A stretch of 64,000 nt of DNA from an uncultured Gaiellaceae bacterium (GTDB lineage Bacteria > Actinomycetota > Thermoleophilia > Gaiellales > Gaiellaceae). Below the pieces are notes generated by a model, which saw nothing but the letters and a program-made list of their open reading frames with translations, was not told the DNA's origin and did not search any database. Positions 20,431 to 29,179 of this stretch are shown one piece after another. Both the position numbers and the translations under genes were made by a program. Within the stretch, counting starts at the first letter, position 1; the number at the start of each line of letters is the position of its first letter. Location: the NCBI GenBank assembly GCA_963791905.1, contig CAWBTX010000008.1, positions 6,359 to 70,358 of the forward strand, given 5' to 3'.

Positions 20431-21282
20431 TCACGCTGCCCGCAGGGTCTCGTCCAGCTTGTCGGCGAACTCCTGCGGATCCGATCCCCAGCCGCCGTGG
20501 CTGCCGGGCAGATACGTGACGGGAAGGTTCAGACGCTCGGCGAGCGCGACCGCCGCCCGGCAGGCTCCCTGCTCGCCTGAGGTCTCGCCTGCGGCGCTGA
20601 CGACCCGCGTCGAGGCGCTCCGGAGTGCGTCGATGTCGGGGGTGTAGCCGCCGATCTGCCGGATCTCGTGGGCGATGAACAGGTCGAAGTTCGCCGCCAT
20701 CCGGCCCATCATCTCCTCGCTCTCGGGCGTCGGCGGGGTCTGCTGCATCTCCTCGCTGTACTTCGGTCCGCCTTCCTCGACCAGGGCGCCGAACTTCCCC
20801 ATCGCCGGGAAGACGCCGTCCGTGCGATAGGTCGCGTAGATGTCGGCGAACGCGTCGCGCCAGCGGGCTGCATCGGGAAGGAGCTCCATCACGGGGGCCT
20901 CGTGGGCGACCAGCGTGCGCACGAGCTCTGGGCGTCGCGTCACGAGCTCCAGGCCGATCGTGCCGCCGCCGCTCGAGCCGTACACGTATGCCGGCTGGTC
21001 TCCGACGGCGGCGAGGATCGCCGCCGCATCGTCGGCGTGGAGCGACACCGGGATGTCTTGCGGCTCACCGTCGAGCGGGCTGCGCGAGTGCCCTCGCTGG
21101 TCGTAGCTGACCGTCGTGTAGCGGTCGGCCAGCCGGCCGGCGAGATCGGTGAACACGCCCGCGTCGGTCGGGCCGCCCGAGATGCAGAGGAGGACCGGGC
21201 CCGAGCCCCGGACCTCGTAGTACAGGTTCGCACCGGGCACCTGCAGGGTCCTTGCCTCGGGCGTCGTTCCCGTCGTGCTCAT
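20431..21282 (-). CDS. alpha/beta hydrolase
   Basis: VLLCISGGP, the nucleophile elbow GSSGGG and the overall length fit the family. It is convergent with the carbonic anhydrase gene. Confidence 0.85.
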   Translation of the reverse strand: MSTTGTTPEARTLQVPGANLYYEVRGSGPVLLCISGGPTDAGVFTDLAGRLADRYTTVSYDQRGHSRSPLDGEPQDIPVSLHADDAAAILAAVGDQPAYVYGSSGGGTIGLELVTRRPELVRTLVAHEAPVMELLPDAARWRDAFADIYATYRTDGVFPAMGKFGALVEEGGPKYSEEMQQTPPTPESEEMMGRMAANFDLFIAHEIRQIGGYTPDIDALRSASTRVVSAAGETSGEQGACRAAVALAERLNLPVTYLPGSHGGWGSDPQEFADKLDETLRAA

Positions 21283-21350
21283 CGTCCAGCTCCTTTCGTG
21301 GTGTCACGTGTCTGACAGGCTGCCGTGCCGAAACTCATCGGTCGGTCGTG

Positions 21351-22820
21351 CTACGCGGCCTCGGCGACCGGCTCGGACTCGGTGTCTGCGTCCTCCGACA
21401 GCTCCGCTGCCGCCACGGCGGCCGGTCGGAGCAGCACGGCGCTCAGCACCGCCGCGACAGCGGCGAAGACGGCTCCGGCCAGGAACGCGGCGTGGTAGCC
21501 GCCGGTGAGGGCCGCGAGCCGGCCGTCTCCCGAAGCGACCAGCGAGTCGCTTCGCGAGGCCGCAAGGCTGGCCAGGATCGCCAGTCCGAGCGCGCCGCCC
21601 ATCATGAACGACGTGTTGACGACGCCCGAGGCAAGGCCCGCGTCGTTCGGCTCGACGTCGCTCATCGCCGCCAGCAGCAGGGGATTCAGCGCCATGCCCG
21701 CGCCCAGGCCCAGCAGGATCATGCTCGGCAGCACGTCGACGACGAAGACGCCGTCGACCGGCGCCCGCGCGAAGAGCGCGAGCCCGGCCGCGGCCAGCAG
21801 CAGCCCCGTCGCGAGAGGCGGCCTGATCCCGAAGCGCAGGACCAGCTTCGCGGAGAGGCCCAGCGAGAGCGCCGCCATGATCACGTTGGCCGGCAGGAAT
21901 GCCAGGCCGACCTGGAGCGGGCTGTAGCCGAGCACGAGTTGGAGGTAGAGGGCCGAGAGGAAGAACCAGGCGAACATCGCCGCCGCCCAGAGCACGCCGA
22001 CGACGTTTGCAGTCGAGACGTTCCGCAGCCGGAAGAGGCCGAGGGGCACGAGCGGCGCCGACGTCCTGGTCTCGATCGCGAGGAAGGAGAGCAGCAGCGC
22101 ACCGGCGGTGGCCAGCAGACCGAGCGTCTGCGCGGACGTCCAGCCGGCCTCGTTGCCGTTCGCGATCGCGTAGACGGCCAGCATCAGCGAGGCGGTCACG
22201 GTCAGTGATCCGGCGACGTCCAGCCGTCGGGACGCGGGCGCGATGTACGTGCCGGGGAGGATGACCCTCGCCAGCGCGAGGACGGCGATTCCGATCGGGA
22301 CGTTCACCAGGAAGATCCAGTGCCAGTTGAGCGCGTCCGTCAGGATCCCGCCGAGGAGGACGCCGATCGATCCGCCGCCGGCGGCGACGAATCCGAAGAC
22401 GCCCATCGCCTTCGCGCGGTCCGTCGGCTCGGTGAAGAGGGTGATGATGAGCGACAGCGCGACTGCCGACACGATCGCGCCGCCGAGACCCTGCACCGCA
22501 CGAGCGCTGATCAGCAGCGCCTGCGAGGTTGCCAGCCCGCAGGCGAGGGACGCCAGGGTGAAGAGCGAGAGTCCGATCAGGAACAGACGCCGATGCCCGA
22601 ACAGGTCGCCAAGCCGGCCGGCGAGCAGCAGGAACCCGCCGAAGGTGAGCAGGTAGGCGTTCGCGACCCACGCGAGCGAGCTCTCCGAGAAGCCCAGATC
22701 CTCCTGGATCGAGGGCAGAGCGACACCCACGATCGTCACGTCGAGAACGATCATCAGGTAGCCGAGGCAGACGATGACGAGTGCGAGCCAGCGGCTTCGA
22801 TTGGTCATGTGCGTGGTCAT
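21351..22820 (-). CDS. MFS transporter, DHA2 (14-TMS EmrB/QacA-like) drug:H+ antiporter
   Basis: GAGGAG precedes the ATG at 22820. RWLALVIVCLGYLMIVLDVTIVGVALPSI is a typical DHA2 N-terminus. GRLGDLFGHRR is motif A. Confidence 0.9.
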   Translation of the reverse strand: MTTHMTNRSRWLALVIVCLGYLMIVLDVTIVGVALPSIQEDLGFSESSLAWVANAYLLTFGGFLLLAGRLGDLFGHRRLFLIGLSLFTLASLACGLATSQALLISARAVQGLGGAIVSAVALSLIITLFTEPTDRAKAMGVFGFVAAGGGSIGVLLGGILTDALNWHWIFLVNVPIGIAVLALARVILPGTYIAPASRRLDVAGSLTVTASLMLAVYAIANGNEAGWTSAQTLGLLATAGALLLSFLAIETRTSAPLVPLGLFRLRNVSTANVVGVLWAAAMFAWFFLSALYLQLVLGYSPLQVGLAFLPANVIMAALSLGLSAKLVLRFGIRPPLATGLLLAAAGLALFARAPVDGVFVVDVLPSMILLGLGAGMALNPLLLAAMSDVEPNDAGLASGVVNTSFMMGGALGLAILASLAASRSDSLVASGDGRLAALTGGYHAAFLAGAVFAAVAAVLSAVLLRPAAVAAAELSEDADTESEPVAEAA

Positions 22821-22968
22821 CGGGATTTCTCCTCTGTCGTTGCCATCTACAGAGGAGTCGGAGCCGGCAGCGGGTTCTCGACATCGGCGACCATCCGCCT
22901 GCGATGTCGAGAGATCGTCGCCTGCTCCGACTCCCGATGAAACACCCTCTCCAAGAAAGGAGCACGCA

Positions 22969-23334
22969 ATGAAGTACGTCGCGCTGATCTTCATGAACCC
23001 CGGCGCGTTCGAAGCGCTCTCGCAGAGCGACCGCGACGCGATGATGAGCGAGGCCGACGCCTACCTCAAGGAGTACACCGACTCCGGAGAGCTTCTCGGT
23101 GCCGGCCACGCGCTCGGCGACCCCTCCACGGGCAAGACCGTGCGGGTTCGCGACGGCCTGCCGGCCGTCACGGACGGACCGTTCGCGGAGGCGAAGGAGC
23201 ACCTGGCCGGGTACTACGTGCTCGACTGCGAGAGCATCGAGCGCGCGACCGAGATCGTCTCGCACGATCCGGCCGCCAGGTTCTGGGCGGTCGAGGTGCG
23301 GCCGATCATGGACGAGGCCGGCGCGGAGATGTGA
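22969..23334 (+). CDS. YCII-related (DGPF) domain protein
   Basis: AAAGGAG precedes the ATG at 22969. The sequence MKYVALIF..VTDGPFAEAKEHLAGYYVLDCES fits the family. Confidence 0.85.
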   Translation: MKYVALIFMNPGAFEALSQSDRDAMMSEADAYLKEYTDSGELLGAGHALGDPSTGKTVRVRDGLPAVTDGPFAEAKEHLAGYYVLDCESIERATEIVSHDPAARFWAVEVRPIMDEAGAEM

Positions 23335-24584
23335 CCGCGCAGGCCGGAGTCGGAGTCGAGGACCTGCTGCGCCGGCTGGCGCCGCAGGTCCTCGGCGTGC
23401 TCGTCCGCCGCTACGGCCACTTCGATCTGTGCGAGGACGCGGTCCAGGAGGCGCTGCTCGCCGCCGCCGTCCAGTGGCCGGAGCAAGGCCTGCCGGAGAA
23501 TCCGCGGGGTTGGCTGATCACGGTCGCCTCCCGCCGCCTCATGGACGAGCTGCGCAGCGACCAGGCACGCCGGCGCCGCGAGGAGACGGCGGCGACGCAG
23601 GCACCGCCGGATGAGCTGCTCGCGCCGGCCCCGGCCGACGAGCTGCCGCCCGAGGAGGACGACACGCTGACGCTGTTGTTTCTCTCCTCGCACCCGGCGC
23701 TCTCGCCTGCCTCCCAGCTCGCACTCACCCTGAGGGCCGTCGGCGGCCTGACGACGGCCGAGATCGCGCGCGCCTTCCTCGTACCCGAGGCGACAATCGC
23801 TCAGCGCATCAGCCGCGCGAAGCAGAGCATCAAGGCGAGCGGCATCCCGTTCGAGCTCCCGCCGGAGCCCGAGCGGGCCGAGCGGCTGCGCGTGGTGCTG
23901 CACGTGCTGTACCTGATCTTCAACGAGGGCTACACGGCGACGTCCGGTGCCGACCTGCAGCGCGGCGATCTGACGGCCGAGGCGATCCGGCTCACGCGCG
24001 AGGTCCTGCGGCTGCTGCCCGACGACGGCGAGGTGGCCGGGCTCCTGGCGCTCATGCTGCTCACCGACGCGCGGCGCTCGGCGCGCTCCAGGGGTGACGG
24101 CAGCCTCGTCCCGCTGGCGGAACAGGACCGGAGCTGCTGGGACGCGCAGCTCATCCTGGAAGGCCTCGAGCTCGTGCGAGGTGCCCTGGCGCAGGCGCCG
24201 CTCGGCCCGTACCAGCTCCAGGCGGCAATCGCAGCGGTCCACACCGAGGCGACCCGGGCGGAGGACACCGACTGGCCGCAGATCCTCGTCCTGTACGAGC
24301 TGCTCGACCGCATCTCGCCCAACCCGATGGTGACGCTCAACCACGCCGTCGCCGTCGCGATGGTGCAAGGCCCGGAGGCCGGTCTCGACCTCCTGACGAC
24401 GCTGGACGAGGACGACCGGGTCGCGACCCACCACCGCCTCGACGCGGTCCGTGGGCACCTACTCGAGCTCGCGGGTGACACGTCCGCGGCCCGTGCCGCC
24501 TACCGGACGGCAGCTCGCCGCACCACGAGCCTCCCCGAGCGCCGCTACCTCGAGGCCCGCGCTGCTCAGCTCGGTGACGCCTGA
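23331..24584 (+). CDS. ECF-like sigma-70 family factor with long C-terminal extension (the type usually paired with YCII proteins)
   Basis: A GTGA overlap joins it to the YCII stop. Region 2 reads EDAVQEALLAAAVQWP. Region 4 reads LTLRAVGGLTTAEIARAFLVPEATIAQRISRAK. About 200 aa of helical extension follow. Confidence 0.85.
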   Translation: MTAQAGVGVEDLLRRLAPQVLGVLVRRYGHFDLCEDAVQEALLAAAVQWPEQGLPENPRGWLITVASRRLMDELRSDQARRRREETAATQAPPDELLAPAPADELPPEEDDTLTLLFLSSHPALSPASQLALTLRAVGGLTTAEIARAFLVPEATIAQRISRAKQSIKASGIPFELPPEPERAERLRVVLHVLYLIFNEGYTATSGADLQRGDLTAEAIRLTREVLRLLPDDGEVAGLLALMLLTDARRSARSRGDGSLVPLAEQDRSCWDAQLILEGLELVRGALAQAPLGPYQLQAAIAAVHTEATRAEDTDWPQILVLYELLDRISPNPMVTLNHAVAVAMVQGPEAGLDLLTTLDEDDRVATHHRLDAVRGHLLELAGDTSAARAAYRTAARRTTSLPERRYLEARAAQLGDA

Positions 24585-25084
24585 TCCGCCTGCCACGGGG
24601 TGGCGCGAGGCCACCACCCCGGGACGGCACGCCGGTACGCGTTGTACTGCTCGCCGAACCGGCGGAGCAACGTCGGCTCCTCGTACCAGCGCACGAACGC
24701 GACGACCGCTGCGACGAAGGCCGCGAGGTAGGGGAGGAGGATCGGCTGGCCCAGCGCCAGCGCCTGTCCAAGGATGATCGCCCCCACCGCGAGGTACATC
24801 GGATTCCGGACGTAGCGGTAGAGCCCGCCGACGACGAGGCGCTCGGTCGGGGCGACCGGTGCCGGCGTGCCGAGACCTTCGACGACGAAGCGGGCGAAGG
24901 ACTGCAGCAGGACGACAACGCCAGCCGCGACGAGGATCGCACCCGCCACCCAGAGCGGGAGCCAGTACGGCATCGGCCCCTGCGCGTCCCAGCCGGTCAG
25001 AAGCCACGGCAGGAGGCCGGCCACGACACCGGGCGCGACGAGGAGGAACACGACGGTGCCGACTGCTGCTCTCACCCTGCGCAC
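24566..25084 (-). CDS. isoprenylcysteine carboxyl methyltransferase (ICMT/PEMT) family membrane protein
   Basis: LVVGGLYRYVRNPMYLA and EEPTLLRRFGEQYNAYRRAVP are typical of the family. The protein has several TM helices. Confidence 0.75.
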   Translation of the reverse strand: MRRVRAAVGTVVFLLVAPGVVAGLLPWLLTGWDAQGPMPYWLPLWVAGAILVAAGVVVLLQSFARFVVEGLGTPAPVAPTERLVVGGLYRYVRNPMYLAVGAIILGQALALGQPILLPYLAAFVAAVVAFVRWYEEPTLLRRFGEQYNAYRRAVPGWWPRATPWQADQASPS

Positions 25085-25105
25085 GAACTCGGCCCGCCGA
25101 CGGGA

Positions 25106-25984
25106 TTACGCGCCGTCGGGCACGAGCAACCGCCGGAGGCGCGCCCGTTTGGGCTCGGACCCTCGCTCGACCATCCGGCGGACGGTCGCCTCGAGAGTGG
25201 TGTGCGAGCACTCGGCCAGGTGCTCGCGGTGCTGGTCATGCGTGCAGAGGAAGAGATCGCCCTCGGTCGCGAGCGGCGCCAGACCCTCGCGCCGGAAGAT
25301 CTCCTGCGCCGGCGTGTAGACGTGCTCGAACCAATCGGCTGCGATCTCGCGCGGAGCAAGGACCTCGTCGCGCGCACGCATCAACCTGTAGCCGTGGCGG
25401 TGTACGTGCTCGAGCAGTTCGCTGTAGCCCCACGGTTGCGTGAAGCGAATGGAGGCGGACGGGATCACCTCGCCGAGCCCGCTCTCCGCCATGAAGATCC
25501 GGAACTGCTCAGCGTGCATCAGCTCCCGGGGGTCCGAGTCGGGCCGGAGCTGCCAGATCGCGCTCAGCTCGGTGACCTCGGCGTCGATCGTCTCCATGCC
25601 GAGCTGGCGGGCGATCGCGACGCGATGATGGCCGTCGATGACGAAGTACGCCTCGCCGAGCTTGTTGACGACGATCGGAGGGAAGGCACCGTCGGGAAAG
25701 GCGGTCTCGACGCCCCGCCAGCGCGACTCGAGCTCGCGTCGCTGCGGCAGGAAGTCCCGATCGAAGTCGCGGGCGCGTCCCTCGGTGCCGACGATGTGCC
25801 GGACCGGAATGCTGCGCACGCCGACGTAGCGGCGGCTGAACGGACGCAGGCGGTGCTCCGCGTCGTCGAGCGCGAGCAGCTCGGGCACCGTTACGCGTCC
25901 GGTGACCGCCTGCCGCAGCCGCCGGTAGGTCTTCCGCCGCCGTGCCCGGCCGAAGGTCGCCGCCGTCGAGCCGAAATTCCGCAT
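25106..25984 (-). CDS. ParB/Srx-fold (ParB-like nuclease domain) protein, function unknown
   Basis: PPIVVNKLGEAYFVIDGHHRVAIARQLG carries the ParB/sulfiredoxin DGHHR motif. The C-terminal roughly 150 aa are unassigned. Confidence 0.7.
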   Translation of the reverse strand: MRNFGSTAATFGRARRRKTYRRLRQAVTGRVTVPELLALDDAEHRLRPFSRRYVGVRSIPVRHIVGTEGRARDFDRDFLPQRRELESRWRGVETAFPDGAFPPIVVNKLGEAYFVIDGHHRVAIARQLGMETIDAEVTELSAIWQLRPDSDPRELMHAEQFRIFMAESGLGEVIPSASIRFTQPWGYSELLEHVHRHGYRLMRARDEVLAPREIAADWFEHVYTPAQEIFRREGLAPLATEGDLFLCTHDQHREHLAECSHTTLEATVRRMVERGSEPKRARLRRLLVPDGA

Positions 25985-26081
25985 ACCTGTTTCAACGCCC
26001 GGGCGCCCTCGATCATTCCGGATCGGCGGACCCGGACAAGCGGAAAAACCCCTGCTAATTACCCGTTTCTTGTCGAGCCGC

Positions 26082-26273
26082 TCAGTGCGCCGCGCGACGT
26101 GCCGGCGACACCCACCGGAGCATCACGTCGACAGGCTTGTCCGACGCGACGCAGCGTCGACAGCGAGGCAGCGCTCCCGCGAAAAACGCCGACTCATAGT
26201 GCTCTCCGCACGCCAGGCAACGCGTCCGCTGCCGCGCGGGCGTCCGCACGTGCACCACTCCCCAACCAGCCAT
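26082..26273 (-). CDS. small zinc-ribbon protein (63 aa), hypothetical
   Basis: The ATG at 26273 is preceded by a purine-rich stretch (GGGAGAAGGGAAAAGGGGGAA). The sequence has CxxC-N17-CxxC (CLACGEHYESAFFAGALPRCRRC). GC3 is about 80%. Confidence 0.35.
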   Translation of the reverse strand: MAGWGVVHVRTPARQRTRCLACGEHYESAFFAGALPRCRRCVASDKPVDVMLRWVSPARRAAH

Positions 26274-26342
26274 GCCGCAATTCCCCCTTTTCCCTTCTCC
26301 CTCACGCACTGTAAGCGCGGCCGAAGTGATGTCAACGGCGGG

Positions 26343-27152
26343 CTAGCGGGCCGCGGCGGCAGGCACGTCCGCCACCTCGCCGTAGACGATCTTCCGCGCG
26401 TAGAGCCGGTCGCTCGCGGCTCCGTACAGGCTGAGCCCGTCGCGCGCGTCGTCCGGGAAGGTGGCCCAGCCGGTGCTGATGCGGGACTCGCCCGAGTGCG
26501 CGTCGTGGATCCGCTGGACCGTGTCGCGGGTGTCGTTCGAGTCGAGGTCGATGAGGACGCCGAACTGCTCCTGGCTGATGCGGGCGACGTCTGCGCCCGG
26601 GTCGACCGACCTCGTCAGCCGGTCGCTGAAGTCGAGCAGGCGCTCGGTCGGGAGCGGATGGTCGTCCGGTGCGTGGATCTCGCAGAGAATGAGCGAGAAC
26701 GGACGGTCCGCCTCCAGGCGGCGGTTGAGCGCGATCTCGAGGGCCCGCTGGTTCGGAAGGCCCGTCAGGAAGTCGCGTCGCGCGAGCAACCGCAGCTCCG
26801 CGGCGAGGTCGTGAGCCTGCTCGAGCAGTCGCCGGCCGCGCAGTGCGTAGTAGCCGGCCAGCACCCCGACGAGGACGAACGCGCACAGGCGGATGAGCGT
26901 GGCGGCGGTCGCGACCTCCGACGACGGCGTCGCCGGGTTCCACCAGATCCCGGTCGCGTACAGCCCTGCCGCGAGCAGTCCCGCGCCGGCGCCGCCGATC
27001 GGGCCGGTCGCCCGGGCGACGAGGAGGATGGCGACGTAGTAGCCGTGGCCGATGCCGAGCCCCGGTTCCTCGAACAGCCGGAAGAGGACAAAGACGGCGG
27101 CGTAGGTCGCTGCCGCCAGGACGAGGAGCGCGCGCTGGTGTGACTTGAGCAC
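26343..27152 (-). CDS. membrane-anchored GGDEF-domain protein with degenerate active site
   Basis: Four or five N-terminal TM helices are followed by RRDFLTGLPNQRAL. The GG(D/E)EF position reads SQEQF. The metal-binding DxDxFKxxND region reads CEIHAPDD. Confidence 0.75.
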   Translation of the reverse strand: MLKSHQRALLVLAAATYAAVFVLFRLFEEPGLGIGHGYYVAILLVARATGPIGGAGAGLLAAGLYATGIWWNPATPSSEVATAATLIRLCAFVLVGVLAGYYALRGRRLLEQAHDLAAELRLLARRDFLTGLPNQRALEIALNRRLEADRPFSLILCEIHAPDDHPLPTERLLDFSDRLTRSVDPGADVARISQEQFGVLIDLDSNDTRDTVQRIHDAHSGESRISTGWATFPDDARDGLSLYGAASDRLYARKIVYGEVADVPAAAAR

Positions 27153-27167
27153 TTGAATCGGAGGGCC

Positions 27168-28838
27168 CTAGCTCAGCCGGAGCCCGGTGACGCGCCGGAT
27201 TTCCTCCGCCGAGGTGACTCCGGCGAGGGCGAGGCGCATGCCGTCGTCGCGCATCGTCGTCATGCCCTGCCGCACCGCAGCGGCGAAGATCTCTTCCGCG
27301 GAGCGCTCGACGAGCGCGCGGATCTCGCCCTGGACGGGCAGCACCTCGCGGAGCGCCACGCGTCCGCGGTAGCCCGTGCCGTGACAGGCGGCGCAGCCGA
27401 CGGCTCGGTAGAGCTCTCCCTCGCCGACCGCCTCGCTCGGGGTGCGGCAGTCGACGCAGAGCCGGCGGGCGAGGCGCTGCGCAACGACGCAGTTGAGCGA
27501 ACCCGCGACGAGAGACGGATCGACGCCGAGGTCGCGCAGTCGCGCGATCGCGCCCGCCGCGTTGTGGGCGTGCAACGACGTCAGGACGAGATGCCCGGTC
27601 ATCGCGGCGGTGATCGCCATCGACGCCGCCTCCTCGTCGCGCAGCTCACCGACGAGCACGACGTCGGGGTCGCTGCGAAGGATCGTCCGCAGTCCGGTCG
27701 CGAAGGTGATCCCGGCGGCGATGTCCACCTGCATCTGGTTGACGCCTTCGAGCCTGTGCTCGATCGGGTCCTCGATCGTCAGCACCGCACGGTTCGGCCG
27801 GTTGAGGTGATCGAGCGCGCCGTACAGCGTCGCCGACTTGCCCGAGGCGCTCGGCCCGCACACGATCACGGCGCCGTAGGGCTGCTCGAGAGCGGTCGTG
27901 AATGCCTCCTCGGCCGACGGGCTCATGCCGAGGTCGGCGATCCGCGGCGCCCGGTCGCGCCGCGTGAGGATCCGCAGCGCGACGTGCTCGCCGTGCGCGG
28001 TCGGCATCGACACGATGCGGAGGTCGACCGGGTCTCCGCCGAAATGCGTCGACGCGCGGCCTTCCTGGGGCGACTCCCGGTTGGCGAGGTCGAGCCGGCC
28101 GAGCGCCTTGAGCCTGCTCGCGACCGCCGGCTGTGCATGGCCGGGCACGGTCGCGAGCTCGCGGACGACGCCGTCGACACGCACGCGGACGGACAGCTCG
28201 TTCGCCCCCGGCTCGAAGTGGATGTCCGAGGCGCCCTCCTCGAGCGCTCTCGTCAGCAGCGTGTTGACGAGATTGATCGTCGGCTCGCTGGAGGAGAGAT
28301 CGCGGTCGTCCCTGGCGTGCGGCCCGCCTGCGGCATCCGCGCCGTCGCCCTCGAGGAGGAGCTGCAGCGCCGGGCGGTGGATGCGTGCCAGCGCCTGTTC
28401 GATCTGGGCGCGGACGGCGACGGCGAGCCGGAAGCTCGTGCCGAGCGCGAGCCGAAGGTCGTCGGCTGCGGCGATGTTCGTCGGATCGCTGACAGCGAGC
28501 AGGAGAACGCCGTCGGAGAGGAAGCGAACCGGGATCGCCTCGTACCGCCGGGCGAGCGCCTCCGGCAGCTGCGCCACGGCATCGAGGTCGGGGGTGACGG
28601 CGTCGAGGTCGACGAAGTCGAGCTCGTACTGTTGCGCGAGCGCGCCCGCGATCACCTGCTCGGTGGTAAAGCCGAGCTCGACGAGGATCTCGCCCAGGCG
28701 CTTGCCGGTCGACTGCTTGACCGCGAGCGCCTGCTCGAGCTGCTCGCTCCTGAGCACGCCCGCCTCGAGGAGAAGGCGGCCGAGTGGGACCCAGTTGAGG
28801 TCGGACGCAGCACCCAGCACGATCGTCTCTATCGGCAC
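27168..28838 (-). CDS. PilB/GspE-family secretion ATPase with MshEN-type N-terminal domain
   Basis: Walker A is GPSASGKS, the Asp box is TIEDPIE, Walker B is DPDVVLVGELRD and the His box is TGHLVLTSLH. The tetracysteine motif is CVDC..GCAACHGTGY. The start is uncertain: the ORF is open to a TTG at 28913, and I favour the GTG at 28838, downstream of a hairpin. Confidence 0.88.
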   Translation of the reverse strand: MPIETIVLGAASDLNWVPLGRLLLEAGVLRSEQLEQALAVKQSTGKRLGEILVELGFTTEQVIAGALAQQYELDFVDLDAVTPDLDAVAQLPEALARRYEAIPVRFLSDGVLLLAVSDPTNIAAADDLRLALGTSFRLAVAVRAQIEQALARIHRPALQLLLEGDGADAAGGPHARDDRDLSSSEPTINLVNTLLTRALEEGASDIHFEPGANELSVRVRVDGVVRELATVPGHAQPAVASRLKALGRLDLANRESPQEGRASTHFGGDPVDLRIVSMPTAHGEHVALRILTRRDRAPRIADLGMSPSAEEAFTTALEQPYGAVIVCGPSASGKSATLYGALDHLNRPNRAVLTIEDPIEHRLEGVNQMQVDIAAGITFATGLRTILRSDPDVVLVGELRDEEAASMAITAAMTGHLVLTSLHAHNAAGAIARLRDLGVDPSLVAGSLNCVVAQRLARRLCVDCRTPSEAVGEGELYRAVGCAACHGTGYRGRVALREVLPVQGEIRALVERSAEEIFAAAVRQGMTTMRDDGMRLALAGVTSAEEIRRVTGLRLS

Positions 28839-28884
28839 ACACGAGCGGCGTTCTAGAGAGCGGGGAGAGGCTCCCAAACGCGCA

Positions 28885-28910
28885 ACGGGCGCCTCGAGTG
28901 AGGCGCCCGT
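28885..28910 (-). other. perfect 11-bp stem hairpin between the small ORF and the ATPase gene (attenuator or terminator candidate)
   Basis: ACGGGCGCCTC-gagt-GAGGCGCCCGT. No clear T-tract follows it. Confidence 0.35.
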
Positions 28911-28928
28911 CAACCGGTCCTTCGGCGT

Positions 28929-29003
28929 CAGTGGGTTAGAAGAGCAAGATCAGCAAGATGATGACGAGAATGAGCACTGAGCAGTCCGCCACCGATGTAC
29001 ATG
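28929..29003 (-). CDS. very small ORF with strong SD; probable tiny hydrophobic peptide
   Basis: AAGGAGG-aatcc-ATG at 29003. Read in frame it gives MYIGGGLLSAHSRHHLADLALLTH. Dropping one base near 28975 gives MYIGGGLL-VLILVIILLILLF-stop, a single TM-like peptide. Confidence 0.3.
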
Positions 29004-29082
29004 GATTCCTCCTTGTGGCTTGCGTGGAGAAAACGGCGCGCGCCGGGAATCGGTTACGGCTGCCGCTAGCATGGGCGCTCGC

Positions 29083-29153
29083 GGCGCCGTGGCCGAGTGG
29101 TTAGGCAGAGGCCTGCAAAGCCTCGTACAGCGGTTCGAGTCCGCTCGGCGCCT
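29083..29153 (+). tRNA. tRNA-Cys (anticodon GCA)
   Basis: I folded the cloverleaf by hand. The acceptor stem is GGCGCCG/CGGCGCC, the anticodon stem is GAGGC/GCCTC with loop CTGCAAA, and the T arm is AGCGG-TTCGAGT-CCGCT. The discriminator is U, as expected for tRNA-Cys. CCA is not encoded. Confidence 0.9.
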
Positions 29154-29179
29154 TGGACCGCTAGAGACCAAGCCGTCGG

